From positions 1-58,198 of IMG/VR virus record IMGVR_UViG_3300010373_000052: 58,198 bases of DNA, one strand, 5' to 3'. The stretch is from a virus. Its lineage: Duplodnaviria > Caudoviricetes. Below the pieces are notes generated by a model that did not search any database, was not told the origin of the DNA, and saw only the letters and a list, made by a program, of their open reading frames with translations. The position numbers and the translations under genes were made by a program. This document shows, one piece after another, positions 1-9,066 of the stretch; within the stretch, counting starts at the first letter, position 1, and each line of letters opens with the position of its first letter.

Positions 1-573
1 CCACGCCGCATCTCTCACCGCATCTCTCACCGCAGCCCCCGCCGCATCCCCCGCCGCAGCCCCCGCCGCAGCCCCCGCCGCAGCCCTCACCGCATCCCAC
101 GCCGCATCTCTCACCGCATCCCACGCCGCAGCCCCCTGCTTGCGAGCTTCTTCCAGTGTGGGCATCGCAGATTTGGCCGTCTGCCTTGACACGACTGGCG
201 GCAACGACCGCACCGCTTGGGCGACCTCGGTGCAACCGGCCAACTCCAGCCAGGCTGGCGTCTGAACTCGGATGAACCAATCCGCCGCCATCCACGCGCG
301 CTTGCTCTCCTGCGCCTTCGTTCCCTTCGTGCCGATCAACTTGGGCAGGTAGGGCTTAAGCCGTTGCCTGCCTTCATCGTCCAGCGCGTCGTTCCACGAC
401 CGCATGAACGCCGAGATGACCGGACTGGCACATTTGGGACGGTCACTCCACGGCTCACCGGCCAGGTAGCTGACGACTTCCATCGCGCACGCCCCTTCCT
501 CCAGGTTGGCGTGCCCTCCGCTCTTTAGCAGAATGTCGTCCAGGATAGACAGGCGGTCCTCGATCAATGTCAT
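1..573 (-). CDS. Phage protein with C-terminal A-A-W-D/A-A-G-A repeats (truncated by window start)
   Basis: Own translation (absent from ORF track): ATG 573 after GAAGGGG RBS; MTLIEDRLSILDDILLKSGGHANLEEGACAMEVVSYLAGEPWSDRPKCASPVISAFMRSWND...AAWDAVRDAAWDAVRAAAGAAAG; frame open to base 1. Confidence 0.8.
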   Translation of the reverse strand, partial: MTLIEDRLSILDDILLKSGGHANLEEGACAMEVVSYLAGEPWSDRPKCASPVISAFMRSWNDALDDEGRQRLKPYLPKLIGTKGTKAQESKRAWMAADWFIRVQTPAWLELAGCTEVAQAVRSLPPVVSRQTAKSAMPTLEEARKQGAAAWDAVRDAAWDAVRAAAGAAAGAAAGDAAGAAVRDAVRDAAW

Positions 574-591
574 TTCGTTCCCCTTCGTCAT

Positions 592-852
592 CTAAAGCCC
601 CGTCTCCTCTCTGATGGCCTTCAGCTTCGATCCTGCGGCTCTGATGAGCTCCACTGGCACCTCGGCAGCTTCTTCGACTTCGCGGGGCACAGCGGCGCTC
701 AGACGGGCCAATAGTTCGACGTTCTCCTCGGCCAGCGTCTGGTTGGCGCGCCTGGCGACTTTCAGCTTCCGCTGGAGCTTCAGCAGTTGTTCGAGGCGGA
801 TCCGGTCGAAGGCTGCGTAGGTGAACTGGGTGGCGAGGGACTCGACGGTCAC
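592..852 (-). CDS. Hypothetical coiled-coil protein
   Basis: ORF whose GTG overlaps the stop of the upstream gene (GTGA coupling). Confidence 0.6.
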   Translation of the reverse strand: MTVESLATQFTYAAFDRIRLEQLLKLQRKLKVARRANQTLAEENVELLARLSAAVPREVEEAAEVPVELIRAAGSKLKAIREETGL

Positions 853-1319
853 GCGTCCCACCTCTTGGTTTGACGGTCGTACAAGACGATGCTTCCGGCC
901 GTCGCCACGTTCAGGCAGTACCGGCTGGTGAAAGAGACCAAGTGCTCGCAGTGATCCTGCGCCTGGCGAGACAGCGAGCCGTCCTCGGGACCCAACAGGT
1001 AAAGCGCCCGCTCTGGGTGATAGAAGGACTCCAACGGTTTGGCGTCGTCCGTCAACTCCACTCCGACGAGCGGCACGTCATATGGTCGGTGGGTTGCGAA
1101 GTCAAGCCAGTCGGCGTAGCTGAAGCAGGGAATATTGCGCCACGACTTGCACACATCGGCAGCCTCCCGCTGGAAGCGCTGGCCCACGGTGAACACATAC
1201 GCCGCCCCGAAGCACACCGCTGAGCGCCAGAGGGTTCCAAGGTTGGCGGGTGTCTTGCCCCGCTCGATGCCGATAGCGCACCAGCCACGACTCTCTCGCG
1301 CAACGGACTTGACGGTCAT
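849..1319 (-). CDS. SpoU/TrmH-family (SPOUT) RNA methyltransferase
   Basis: Motifs PANLGTLWRSA, LYLLGPEDGSL, CLNVATAGSIVLYDR; ATGA-coupled start at 1319. Confidence 0.88.
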   Translation of the reverse strand: MTVKSVARESRGWCAIGIERGKTPANLGTLWRSAVCFGAAYVFTVGQRFQREAADVCKSWRNIPCFSYADWLDFATHRPYDVPLVGVELTDDAKPLESFYHPERALYLLGPEDGSLSRQAQDHCEHLVSFTSRYCLNVATAGSIVLYDRQTKRWDA

Positions 1320-1495
1320 AGGAAGTGGCTCCAGCACGCTTGCCCCTCCCCGCCTTCGCAGATCGGGCAACCCTCGTTGTGACGCCAGTGGATGTGGCTC
1401 CCCAGCGCCTGCCACGTCTTGAAGGGCTGGGCGCAGTAAGGGCAGCGTGGCGTCGTCCGCTCATCGCTGTTCGACCGCGGCAGGGTTTCAGTCAT
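1316..1495 (-). CDS. 59-aa C2H2 zinc-finger protein
   Basis: Own translation: MTETLPRSNSDERTTPRCPYCAQPFKTWQALGSHIHWRHNEGCPICEGGEGQACWSHFL; ATGA-coupled at both ends. Confidence 0.75.
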   Translation of the reverse strand: MTETLPRSNSDERTTPRCPYCAQPFKTWQALGSHIHWRHNEGCPICEGGEGQACWSHFL

Positions 1496-1836
1496 CGCAA
1501 CTCCTTCTCAATCGTCCCGTCCAGCCAATCCTCGGGTGCTTCCTCGTCGTTGACTGCCGGGGAAAGTGACGCTGGGGCATCTGAGTCCCCCACCTCCCGT
1601 GAGAAGTGCAGCAAGACGTCACCTTCCCCGGCGAAGTGTGGTCGCTCGTCACCTTCCCCGGCAGACCTTGTGATGAGTTCGACTGGCACCTCAGGCGTTG
1701 CGACAAACTCGCAAGCGTGCGTGAGGTTCCCGCTGGGGAGCACGTGCCACCAGTAGTCCGGCTCTACGGCGCTTTGGGCTATGGGCTGGTGGCAATGGCG
1801 GCAGAGCTGGTCGGGGACGAGTCGGCCTTGGGTCAC
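1492..1836 (-). CDS. Hypothetical protein (CxxC N-terminus, acidic tail)
   Basis: Translationally coupled ORF in early operon. Confidence 0.55.
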   Translation of the reverse strand: MTQGRLVPDQLCRHCHQPIAQSAVEPDYWWHVLPSGNLTHACEFVATPEVPVELITRSAGEGDERPHFAGEGDVLLHFSREVGDSDAPASLSPAVNDEEAPEDWLDGTIEKELR

Positions 1837-2159
1837 GTCGGCTCCCTCATCAGCATGTCCTCGAGCGTTGACAAAGCCGAGCCGTCGCGGACTTCCTTGG
1901 CGGTGAACACCAGGACTGTCCAGCCGTGCGTGGCGGCCAGCGTCATCTTCTCGGCGTCACGCGCCACGCCCCATCCGCGATTGTGTGCCCCATGGGTCCA
2001 CGTGCCCCCGTGGATTTCGACGGCCAGCATCCGGTCGGGGTAGGCGAAGTCGAACCTGTACTTGCGCGGCTTGGCGAAAACCAGCTCGCGCTCAGGGGTT
2101 GGCAGACCGGCCCAGTCGATTTGGCGGGCGAAGTCGGCTTCGAGGTCGGACTTGCTCAC
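1833..2159 (-). CDS. DUF559/Vsr-like PD-(D/E)XK endonuclease (possible resolvase)
   Basis: YRFDFAYP..LAVEIHGG..H...RDAEK..GWTVLVF pattern. Confidence 0.8.
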   Translation of the reverse strand: MSKSDLEADFARQIDWAGLPTPERELVFAKPRKYRFDFAYPDRMLAVEIHGGTWTHGAHNRGWGVARDAEKMTLAATHGWTVLVFTAKEVRDGSALSTLEDMLMREPT

Positions 2160-2512
2160 TGGCGACGCTCCCTATCTCGCTGCAAATCCTCAGCGCGCAT
2201 CTTCGCTGCACGACCAGCCCCCTCTTCGATCAGTCGCCTCGCGGTGTCCTTGAAATCGTCCGGCATCCCAACCTTTCCGGCCACCTGGGGAGACCGAGAG
2301 CCCAGCCGGGTCATGGACTCCTGCGAGTGCATCTTGTGGTTCGGGTTACAAGCAATGCATGGAACCCAGTCGTGGATGCCCTGCTGATCACCTGGCGTCT
2401 GGTCGATGTACCCCGGCAAGTCAGAGCCCGCGCAGCGGGCGCACGTCGACCGCGGACGAACCGAGCGGTTCCGCTCGTCCTCCCAGAAGATGTCACGTTC
2501 AGCGGGAGGCAA
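2156..2512 (-). CDS. Hypothetical Zn-binding protein
   Basis: CARC...CIAC pairs; overlaps end of replication gene. Confidence 0.5.
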   Translation of the reverse strand: MPPAERDIFWEDERNRSVRPRSTCARCAGSDLPGYIDQTPGDQQGIHDWVPCIACNPNHKMHSQESMTRLGSRSPQVAGKVGMPDDFKDTARRLIEEGAGRAAKMRAEDLQRDRERRQ

Positions 2513-3179
2513 AGCGTCCTCCTGGGAGTCGGTTACGCATCCAGTTCTTCCAGGCGGCGTCGAAGTCCCGGTAGGCCTTGCCGCTGGCAGCGCTGTAATC
2601 CCGGAAGGCCTGCAGTTCGATCATGGGGTTGACGTGGTTGCGGCCGGGCTGCTCTTTCCACCACCTGATGGATTCCTCGCTAGGTCTCCAATCGGCGGGC
2701 ACAACGCTCCCCCGCTTGCGGGGGGCTACGGGGGGTTTATCTGTATCTGTTTCTGCTTCTGTCTCTGGGGGCGTTACATCCTCGACAGTCGCGACCGTTA
2801 CATCACCGTTACTTCCGAGCTTCTTAGCCCTGTGACGTGCGACTCTCTCGGACGCGTCGTCAGATTCGTACTGACGAGCGCACCAGTTGGGAAGAAACCA
2901 CGAGCCCAAATCCGTGTCGCGTTCCATCATCCCGAGGTCACACATGCGGTTGATTCCCTTACTCACGTCGGCCGACTTCATCCCGGCGTAGTCCGCCAAG
3001 TCGGTGTCCGTGAACGGCACCCTCTCCGAGACGAGCAGCCAGCCGGGGCGACAGGACTCCCTGGACGCCGACAGGATGGCCACCCACAGCCACCGTTCGC
3101 TTGGCGTGAGACGCCGCATCTTGGGGTCTCGCATGGCCTCGACGTAGAACCGAAACCAAGGCCGCTTTGGTGGCGCCAC
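2499..3179 (-). CDS. Phage replication initiator / replisome-organizer-like protein
   Basis: WFRFY..DPKMRRL..RWLWVAIL N-terminus, NW..RQ, SERVARHRAKK, ETEAET linker, DFDAAWKNWMRN C-terminus. Confidence 0.75.
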   Translation of the reverse strand: MAPPKRPWFRFYVEAMRDPKMRRLTPSERWLWVAILSASRESCRPGWLLVSERVPFTDTDLADYAGMKSADVSKGINRMCDLGMMERDTDLGSWFLPNWCARQYESDDASERVARHRAKKLGSNGDVTVATVEDVTPPETEAETDTDKPPVAPRKRGSVVPADWRPSEESIRWWKEQPGRNHVNPMIELQAFRDYSAASGKAYRDFDAAWKNWMRNRLPGGRFASR

Positions 3180-3428
3180 TCACGCAGCTCCCTTCTTCTG
3201 TCTGTTCCTTGCGGTGAGGAGCTTCCGGCGCGCCCCGTGGCCCAGGCCACCCCAGATGCCATCCAGGTTGAGGTCCGCCATGGCGTACTCCAAGCAGTCG
3301 TTACGCACGGTGCAGCGCGCGCAGACGGTCTTGGCGGCAACCCTCGCATTGGCGTCCCAGCGGGCGGGGACGAAGAGGTTGGGGTCGAGGCCCTTGCATT
3401 CGGCGTAGTGGAACCAGTGGGAGGTCAC
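3180..3428 (-). CDS. whiB: WhiB-family Fe-S transcription regulator
   Basis: AEC..DPNLF...AKTVCARCTVRNDCLEYA...GIWGG; four Cys plus GIWGG; GTG start 3428. Confidence 0.92.
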   Translation of the reverse strand: MTSHWFHYAECKGLDPNLFVPARWDANARVAAKTVCARCTVRNDCLEYAMADLNLDGIWGGLGHGARRKLLTARNRQKKGAA

Positions 3429-3790
3429 GTGGCCACCAAGTCTCGGCCCCTGCGCGCGTACTCGTTCCACGCCTCCCGACACGGCTCGCACAGCTCCTGG
3501 CCGCTCCTTCGATGCCGCATGGCCCCGGCCGGTGTGCCGCATCTGGCGGTCACCTGCGGGACGACGGGCTTCATGAACACGTGAACCTGGTAGTCCACGC
3601 GGCAGACGGGGCAGCGGAAGATGGCCGAGCACTCATCCGCGATGACCTTGCCCTCGGTGAGCGGCTCCATTTGGCCGTGCTCGGGGCACGTGGCGCGGAG
3701 GTAGTAGCCCGTTGGCGGGATAATGCCGGGGTCGCGTATGTACTCAACGTCGCGCTCCCAACCGGGGAGCCGGAACTGTCTGTCGCTCAT
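3425..3790 (-). CDS. Hypothetical Cys-rich phage protein
   Basis: CGTPAGAMRH..LCEPCREAW motif; coupled to whiB. Confidence 0.65.
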   Translation of the reverse strand: MSDRQFRLPGWERDVEYIRDPGIIPPTGYYLRATCPEHGQMEPLTEGKVIADECSAIFRCPVCRVDYQVHVFMKPVVPQVTARCGTPAGAMRHRRSGQELCEPCREAWNEYARRGRDLVAT

Positions 3791-4073
3791 GCGTTCTCCC
3801 GTCAGGTCCAGAGGAGGGATGTTCTTAACGACTGGCTATCGCGGGTGTTTCCGGAATCGTCGGAGCCACGCCCCAAATCCCCACACGGGCTGGCTGTGGG
3901 CCACGTGGTCCCGATGTCGGTCGATGGCCACGCAGCGCCCACGGAGGCCGTGTACGGGGCACACGTCGTCGTTCATCGCGGGTGCTTCCAGCCGCGGTGG
4001 CCAGCGACGGACAGCAGGAGGCCGTAGAGGGCCACGCCGAAGCAGAAGATGGCGAGGATGGTCGTCAGAGTCA

Positions 4074-4721
4074 TCAGAACGGCACCTCGATCGGCAGGCG
4101 GTTGGGTCGCTTCGCTCTCGCGCCGCATGCACAGCGCACCCGAACGACGTCTGGTTCGACTCCATCGACCCGCCACTCGTGGCCGTGCGGCGGCTTGGGC
4201 AGGATGACGGCGTAGTGGTACTCCCAACCCTCATGCGTCTGCTGCCCCGGCACTTGCCGCAGCACCCCGGCCTCGACGAGGGCGTCGACAAAACCCTGGG
4301 GATCGTCGAGAATGTGGACCGGCCGCATCGAGCCCCGGTTCGTCGACGCCCTGCGCGCCAGCCTGGCCGCACTGGACGAGGAGGCGACGTCGTGAACAAC
4401 AAGGATCGGCTCGACCCGTTTGCCAACTGGCTGAAGGATCCGGCGAAAGCGATGTGGCCCTACTTCGCGGTCTCCCCGTGCGTCGTAGTCCTGCACGAAG
4501 GCGCGGGCGTCGGTGATGGACTCCAGGACGATGTCCACGGCTATTCCAGCGAGGAAGTACCGGGCGTTGGCGTCGAGGCGAGCGTGAGCGTGACCCAGTT
4601 CCCGTAGCTTGAGTGCGTTCTCGCCTCCGAATGCTTTGACGACCCTTCTGACCAGTGCCTCTCGGGCTTCGTCGTCGCAGATGCAGAGCGTGTTCCCGCA
4701 ATCGGGGCAGTAGCCGGTCAC
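4074..4721 (-). CDS. Hypothetical protein
   Basis: GTGA-coupled ORF starting (M)TGYCPDCGNTLCIC. Confidence 0.55.
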   Translation of the reverse strand: MTGYCPDCGNTLCICDDEAREALVRRVVKAFGGENALKLRELGHAHARLDANARYFLAGIAVDIVLESITDARAFVQDYDARGDREVGPHRFRRILQPVGKRVEPILVVHDVASSSSAARLARRASTNRGSMRPVHILDDPQGFVDALVEAGVLRQVPGQQTHEGWEYHYAVILPKPPHGHEWRVDGVEPDVVRVRCACGARAKRPNRLPIEVPF

Positions 4722-4996
4722 GGCGTCACCGCCACAAACCACACGACAACACCACCGACCAGGGGGATGACGACGCTGACCAGCACCTGTAAGAACGGGG
4801 CCATCCCACTGGACCACGTGGCCCAGTAGAGGAACGAGGCGAACACCGCCACGACGACGAGCGCGGCGGACACCTGTCCGTCCTCACCCTTCCACCGCGT
4901 GGTGGTCGTGGTCCCCTTCTTGCGCCACGCCAGCCAGACGATGAGGGCCAGCGGGAAGCCGAGGACGGCCTTGACGATGTTGCCGAGGCTGGTCAC
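4718..4996 (-). CDS. Small membrane protein (about 3 TM segments)
   Basis: Three hydrophobic stretches; GGAGG RBS before GTG 4996. Confidence 0.6.
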   Translation of the reverse strand: MTSLGNIVKAVLGFPLALIVWLAWRKKGTTTTTRWKGEDGQVSAALVVVAVFASFLYWATWSSGMAPFLQVLVSVVIPLVGGVVVWFVAVTP

Positions 4997-5156
4997 GCGA
5001 CACCTCCCTTGGCGTTGGCGAAGTACCAGTGCCCACGTGCCGCGAGCCTGGCGTTCTCCTCCATCCGCAGCTCGAGCTTCCACGTGTGCTGTCGGCACTC
5101 AGCCACCCACAGGTCGAACTCCGCGTCGTAGTGGACGGGGATGCAACTGGTGGTCA

Positions 5157-5969
5157 TCAAAACGGCTCCTCACCGGTAGGTTGCGACGACGCGGACTCGG
5201 TGACTGCGTCCGGCAGCTTCCAGCCGCCCTCGATGGCTTCGGTAAGCCACGTGCCGGATTTCCAGTCGAGTTCCTCAGCGTTGACGCCAAACAGGTGGAG
5301 TGCGGCGAGGTTGGCGTCCACGTCCCTCCCGCGGGAGATGGCCCACAGCCGCCGCACCTTGCCCTCCGAGAGCTTCTCTAGCGACTCGTCGTAGCGGGGC
5401 TGTGGCTTTCCCTTGCTGGGTTCCTTCAGCTCCCCCGTCTCGGGATCGTGCGCCGGTTGGGGGGCACGTCGCACGGTTCCCTGGGCTCGGCGGTTCGTCG
5501 TGGAGCCGTTGCCGTTGGCTGGCAGTACGTTCGTCGCCTTGTCCTCGGAGTGCCCGGATTCCAACCCGTCCTTGGCCCACAGATCCAGCGCCACACCGAA
5601 GCGCATGGCAGCGTTGCGGAGCGCGTCTCCGATCCGCTCCTTCATCGAAGGCCCGTCGCCTACGCCGAGGCGCGTTACCCCGCAGACCGTCAGCCGAATC
5701 CACAGGTTGCCCTCGCGGTCGAGGGCGGGCAGGCCCGATGCGTCAAGGGACAGGGGCTCCCACGTCCACTCCGGGTCGACGCTCAACAGCCGGTCGGTCA
5801 CGGCAGCGTGGCCGACGAAGTCCAAGTGCGCGGCGGGTAGGCCGTGGTAGCCACTGCAGACGTCGCACTTGCCCTTGGGCGAGTCCTTTTTGTACGGCTT
5901 GGGCAAGATCCCGACGGTGCCGGGCGGGAACGGCTCCCGCAGCTTTTCGAGTCGTTGATCCTCGGCCAT
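5157..5969 (-). CDS. Sak/Rad52-like single-strand annealing protein
   Basis: LREPFP..., LDFVGHAAVTDRL..VDPEWTW, IGDALRNAAMRFGVALDLW; acidic EEPF tail; adjacent to exonuclease. Confidence 0.82.
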   Translation of the reverse strand: MAEDQRLEKLREPFPPGTVGILPKPYKKDSPKGKCDVCSGYHGLPAAHLDFVGHAAVTDRLLSVDPEWTWEPLSLDASGLPALDREGNLWIRLTVCGVTRLGVGDGPSMKERIGDALRNAAMRFGVALDLWAKDGLESGHSEDKATNVLPANGNGSTTNRRAQGTVRRAPQPAHDPETGELKEPSKGKPQPRYDESLEKLSEGKVRRLWAISRGRDVDANLAALHLFGVNAEELDWKSGTWLTEAIEGGWKLPDAVTESASSQPTGEEPF

Positions 5970-7834
5970 CACGCACCTCCCACAGACACCACGTCGGGCA
6001 CCTCGGGCAGACCCTTGCGCCACGTGACCAGATCGACCATCTTCAAGAAGACGTCGTGGTTGGCCTTGTCCAGCGGCAACTCGTAGAACGTGTAGCCCTC
6101 GTCGCCTCGCAGGTGGATGACACCCAGGCGGTCGGGTGGGGACCACGGCCCGGTGCCCACCTCTTGCACCTTCACCTTGCCGTCCTCCTCCCACGCCTCG
6201 TATTCGACGGTCTCGGTGGCGAAGGCGAGGGCGGTGAGCTGGGGCAGCCACGAATCGACGTAGATGCCTTTGCCGTCGTCCTGCTGGTTGGTGCTGTTGT
6301 GGGTCGGCACCATCTGTTCGCCACACAGATAGGTGTGGTCGGGGCTGTCAACGGCGATGCATTGGGTGGGCACCGACACGGTTGGCTCTACCGAGACGAT
6401 GAGGCGGCGACGGCCGTGCGCGGTGCCCTCAACCCGAACGGCGTCCCGCTTGTGCGCCACGTGGCGGAATGGGTTGTCTCGGTGGGGGGTGAATGCCACC
6501 CGATAGACGGTCACCTCCAGTCCGAACCCATGCTTGGTGAACGTGGACTGAGACGCATGCCAACCAAGCGAGACGACCAGTTCGTATACGTCCGCCGCAA
6601 GCTGCTTGTCGACAACGTCAAAGACGGCCTGGCGTCGTTTCTTGTTCCAGGTTCCGTCGGTATCCATGAGCCCCTGCAGCAACGCAAGGCGCTGGGATTG
6701 GCTTCCGCGCAAGTACGACCTCGGGACATGCTTATCAATGCTTGTGTCTCCGGTGGCTCCCATCTGACCGCAAGCTCGTAGATAAGGACGGAAGCCCAAC
6801 ACGTTCCACGACTCACCAGGATTCTCTGAGAGCGTGAAACCAGCATCACGGAACGCCTGCGCAACCGGAGCCTTGAGTCCGGGCAGGCTCACCCGCGTGT
6901 CACAACGGGTTCCATCGCCCAGCCATGCGCCGAGGAGGTACGGGTCTAACGGCAGGTCGGCGTCGGGCAAATCAAGCGGGGCTGGATTGACAACGCCGTA
7001 ACGACGTCGGGCACCGCGGCCCACCCTGGCGTTAATGTCGTCAGCAAGCTCGATTGTGGTCTTGACGCTGCGCGTCCCAGTAGCCATATGCGTGACCAGC
7101 CAGCGGTGGTCGTAATCACAAACCACCGATGACCCATCGTCAAACGTGACTCGGTAACAGTCCTTCTCATGGATGGCCGACTTCCCTACGACGCGAACAG
7201 GAGCGCCATCGTGACCGAAGACGCTGTCGCCGACAGCGATCGCGCCCATCGTGGTCCAACCCGCTGGGGTTGGAATCGGGGTGTCGAGAGATAGACCCTT
7301 CCAGTCGAGCAACCAGTCGTCCCCGACGATGCGGGCTCGCAGGTCGCCCGTGCCGATGTACTTGCCGGGGTAGCGCACCACCGTCTCGGTGGAGATGACC
7401 TCGGGCATGTGGTCGGCCCACCATGCCTCGATGCCGAGCACGTAGCCCAGGGCCGTCTCGGTCAGCTCGTCGGCGTTGCGGTCCTTCCACGTGCGGGCGT
7501 TGTGGTCGTGGGCGATGGTCCACTCGATGAGCGCCTGGATGTCGATGTCCTCACCTGCCGCGAACGCTTCGGGCACCTTGTGGCACAGCGTCCCCATGGC
7601 CGCCCGGCCGTTCCAGATCCCGGCGTGGTGCTTGCGGAGCTTGTCGATGGCGTCCGCAACGTCCATGTGCAGCCACTCGTCGTGGTGGAGCACGGCGTAC
7701 ATGGCCGTCTCGCGTGCCGCGCCCCACGACAGGCCGGGCTTGGACAGGATGTCGATGATCGTCGTGACGCTCGGCTCCGTGCCCCGAATCTTCGAGTACG
7801 GCCGAGCCGGGACCAGCGTCCTCTCTCTCAGCAT
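5969..7834 (-). CDS. PD-(D/E)XK (RecE/Cas4-like) exonuclease interrupted by an intein
   Basis: PSVTTI, GTLCH, YIGTGDL, LLDWK|intein|STN..QL..; ATG 7834 with RBS. Confidence 0.85.
   Translation of the reverse strand: MLRERTLVPARPYSKIRGTEPSVTTIIDILSKPGLSWGAARETAMYAVLHHDEWLHMDVADAIDKLRKHHAGIWNGRAAMGTLCHKVPEAFAAGEDIDIQALIEWTIAHDHNARTWKDRNADELTETALGYVLGIEAWWADHMPEVISTETVVRYPGKYIGTGDLRARIVGDDWLLDWKGLSLDTPIPTPAGWTTMGAIAVGDSVFGHDGAPVRVVGKSAIHEKDCYRVTFDDGSSVVCDYDHRWLVTHMATGTRSVKTTIELADDINARVGRGARRRYGVVNPAPLDLPDADLPLDPYLLGAWLGDGTRCDTRVSLPGLKAPVAQAFRDAGFTLSENPGESWNVLGFRPYLRACGQMGATGDTSIDKHVPRSYLRGSQSQRLALLQGLMDTDGTWNKKRRQAVFDVVDKQLAADVYELVVSLGWHASQSTFTKHGFGLEVTVYRVAFTPHRDNPFRHVAHKRDAVRVEGTAHGRRRLIVSVEPTVSVPTQCIAVDSPDHTYLCGEQMVPTHNSTNQQDDGKGIYVDSWLPQLTALAFATETVEYEAWEEDGKVKVQEVGTGPWSPPDRLGVIHLRGDEGYTFYELPLDKANHDVFLKMVDLVTWRKGLPEVPDVVSVGGA
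6296..7297 (-). mobile_element. 334-aa intein with LAGLIDADG homing endonuclease, class 3-type
   Basis: Begins GLSLDTPIPTP, block B CDYDHRW, LAGLIDADG motifs YLLGAWLGDG and LLQGLMDTDG, block F TQCIAV, ends VPTHN followed by Ser. Confidence 0.92.
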
Positions 7835-8032
7835 TCCCCTATCTCCCTCTCTGGTGTTGCTTCGGTCGGCAGGTCGGCCAACGTGGCACACGTGCGCACG
7901 CCGTGCGTGTGGACGTGGCCGAACCAAACCCGCTTAATCTCCTCGCCGCAGTTGGCGCAGAGCGAAACCGCCCCAGTCCCGCCTGCACGTGGCGAGGGGG
8001 AGACAGCCGTTGTGGACGGGACTGGGGCAGAA

Positions 8033-8389
8033 CTAGTCATTGTGCAGCGCGCCGTTCTCAATCTCGCTCCACGTGCGGGGCCGCACGATGAGTCGCATGG
8101 CTTCGGCGTCGGCCGGGTTGTCGTGGATGTAGCTGTGGTGCCACCAGCAGAGATGCAAGAGGTTGCTCAGGTCGTTCGTCCCCCCAGCGCTGCGGAGCGT
8201 GATGTGGTGGACGTGATGCGCCCAGTGGTCGCACGTGGGGTACTCGCACCGGCCCTCGCTGCGCTGGTGGATGAGCGGGCGCATGGCGTCGAGCTCGGCG
8301 TTGAACTCCGCGCCCCGGTTGCCCACGGCGTGTAGCGGGGTCTTCCGCTTCAGTGGGGTGTACCGCTTGAGGATGCCGCCGCGCTTCAC
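8033..8389 (-). CDS. HNH endonuclease
   Basis: RCEYPTC..HVHHITLRSAGGTNDLSNLLHLCWWHH. Confidence 0.85.
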   Translation of the reverse strand: MKRGGILKRYTPLKRKTPLHAVGNRGAEFNAELDAMRPLIHQRSEGRCEYPTCDHWAHHVHHITLRSAGGTNDLSNLLHLCWWHHSYIHDNPADAEAMRLIVRPRTWSEIENGALHND

Positions 8390-8697
8390 GACGTGACCCC
8401 CCACGCGTCGGCCAACGTGTCGTGCTGGGCGTAGGCGCTCTCGATCGAATCGGTTTCGGCGAACCAGCCGCACTCGAAGCACGTCGCGCGGTACTTGTCG
8501 TCCGGCGCGGGGTCAATCGTCAGTTCGTGGTCACTCACTGAGCCTCCCCTTGGCTGCCATTTCGCGGAGGTGGTCGTAGATCTGGTAACGGCGCTCGCCG
8601 CGGTGCCAGTGGCGGAACTTCCATCCGCAACTGCACTCCGCCAACCGCTCGTCTTTTTGCGGGTCCCCGTCCTGAATGCGGTGGTACTCGACGGCGC

Positions 8698-9066
8698 TCA
8701 CGGCAGGTCCCCACTCGCGATGGCGGCGAACATGCGGTCAGGCAGTGGGTCGTCCCACCACACGTCGACGAACTCGACGCCGCTACCGGGATCAGAAACC
8801 CCGGTGTCTCGACCGGCGTGGTAACGGTTGACCCGCACCTCCTCGTCGCCGACGATGAAGCGGACGCGGACGGAGCGAATGAGCTGGGCCGCTTGGTCCA
8901 GCCTGTACTCGTGAGCTGCTCGGCGGTCGTCCCACTCGAACCGGTCGTGTAGTGCGTGGTCGGGGTCGGTAGCTTCCTCTACCAAGTCGACCGGGCGCAG
9001 TTCGCCCCGACGCTTGTAGAGCTCCTCCAGCACCGCCTCTACAACGGACGTGGCGTCAGTCGTCAT
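8698..9066 (-). CDS. Phage protein coupled to the Cas7-like gene (putative accessory of the repeat system)
   Basis: ATGA overlap with 9063..9539; LHDRFEWDDRRAAHEYRLDQAAQLIRSVRV motif. Confidence 0.75.
   Translation of the reverse strand: MTTDATSVVEAVLEELYKRRGELRPVDLVEEATDPDHALHDRFEWDDRRAAHEYRLDQAAQLIRSVRVRFIVGDEEVRVNRYHAGRDTGVSDPGSGVEFVDVWWDDPLPDRMFAAIASGDLP

Noticed and set aside
5755-5770. Possible self-target of the unit decoding to Y-T-W-E-P in the Sak gene (WTWEPL)
   Set aside because: Only four consecutive dinucleotides agree and the flanks mismatch; an exhaustive self-search could not be done by eye
5969-7834. Exonuclease as a Cas4 adaptation nuclease for the array
   Set aside because: No Fe-S cysteines visible and it is paired with the Sak annealase, so a recombination role is simpler; involvement in array diversification is not excluded
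7969-8029. Inverted repeat GCCCCAGTCCCG/CGGGACTGGGGC
   Set aside because: A single hairpin inside a small ORF with no U-tract or second copy; insufficient to assign a function
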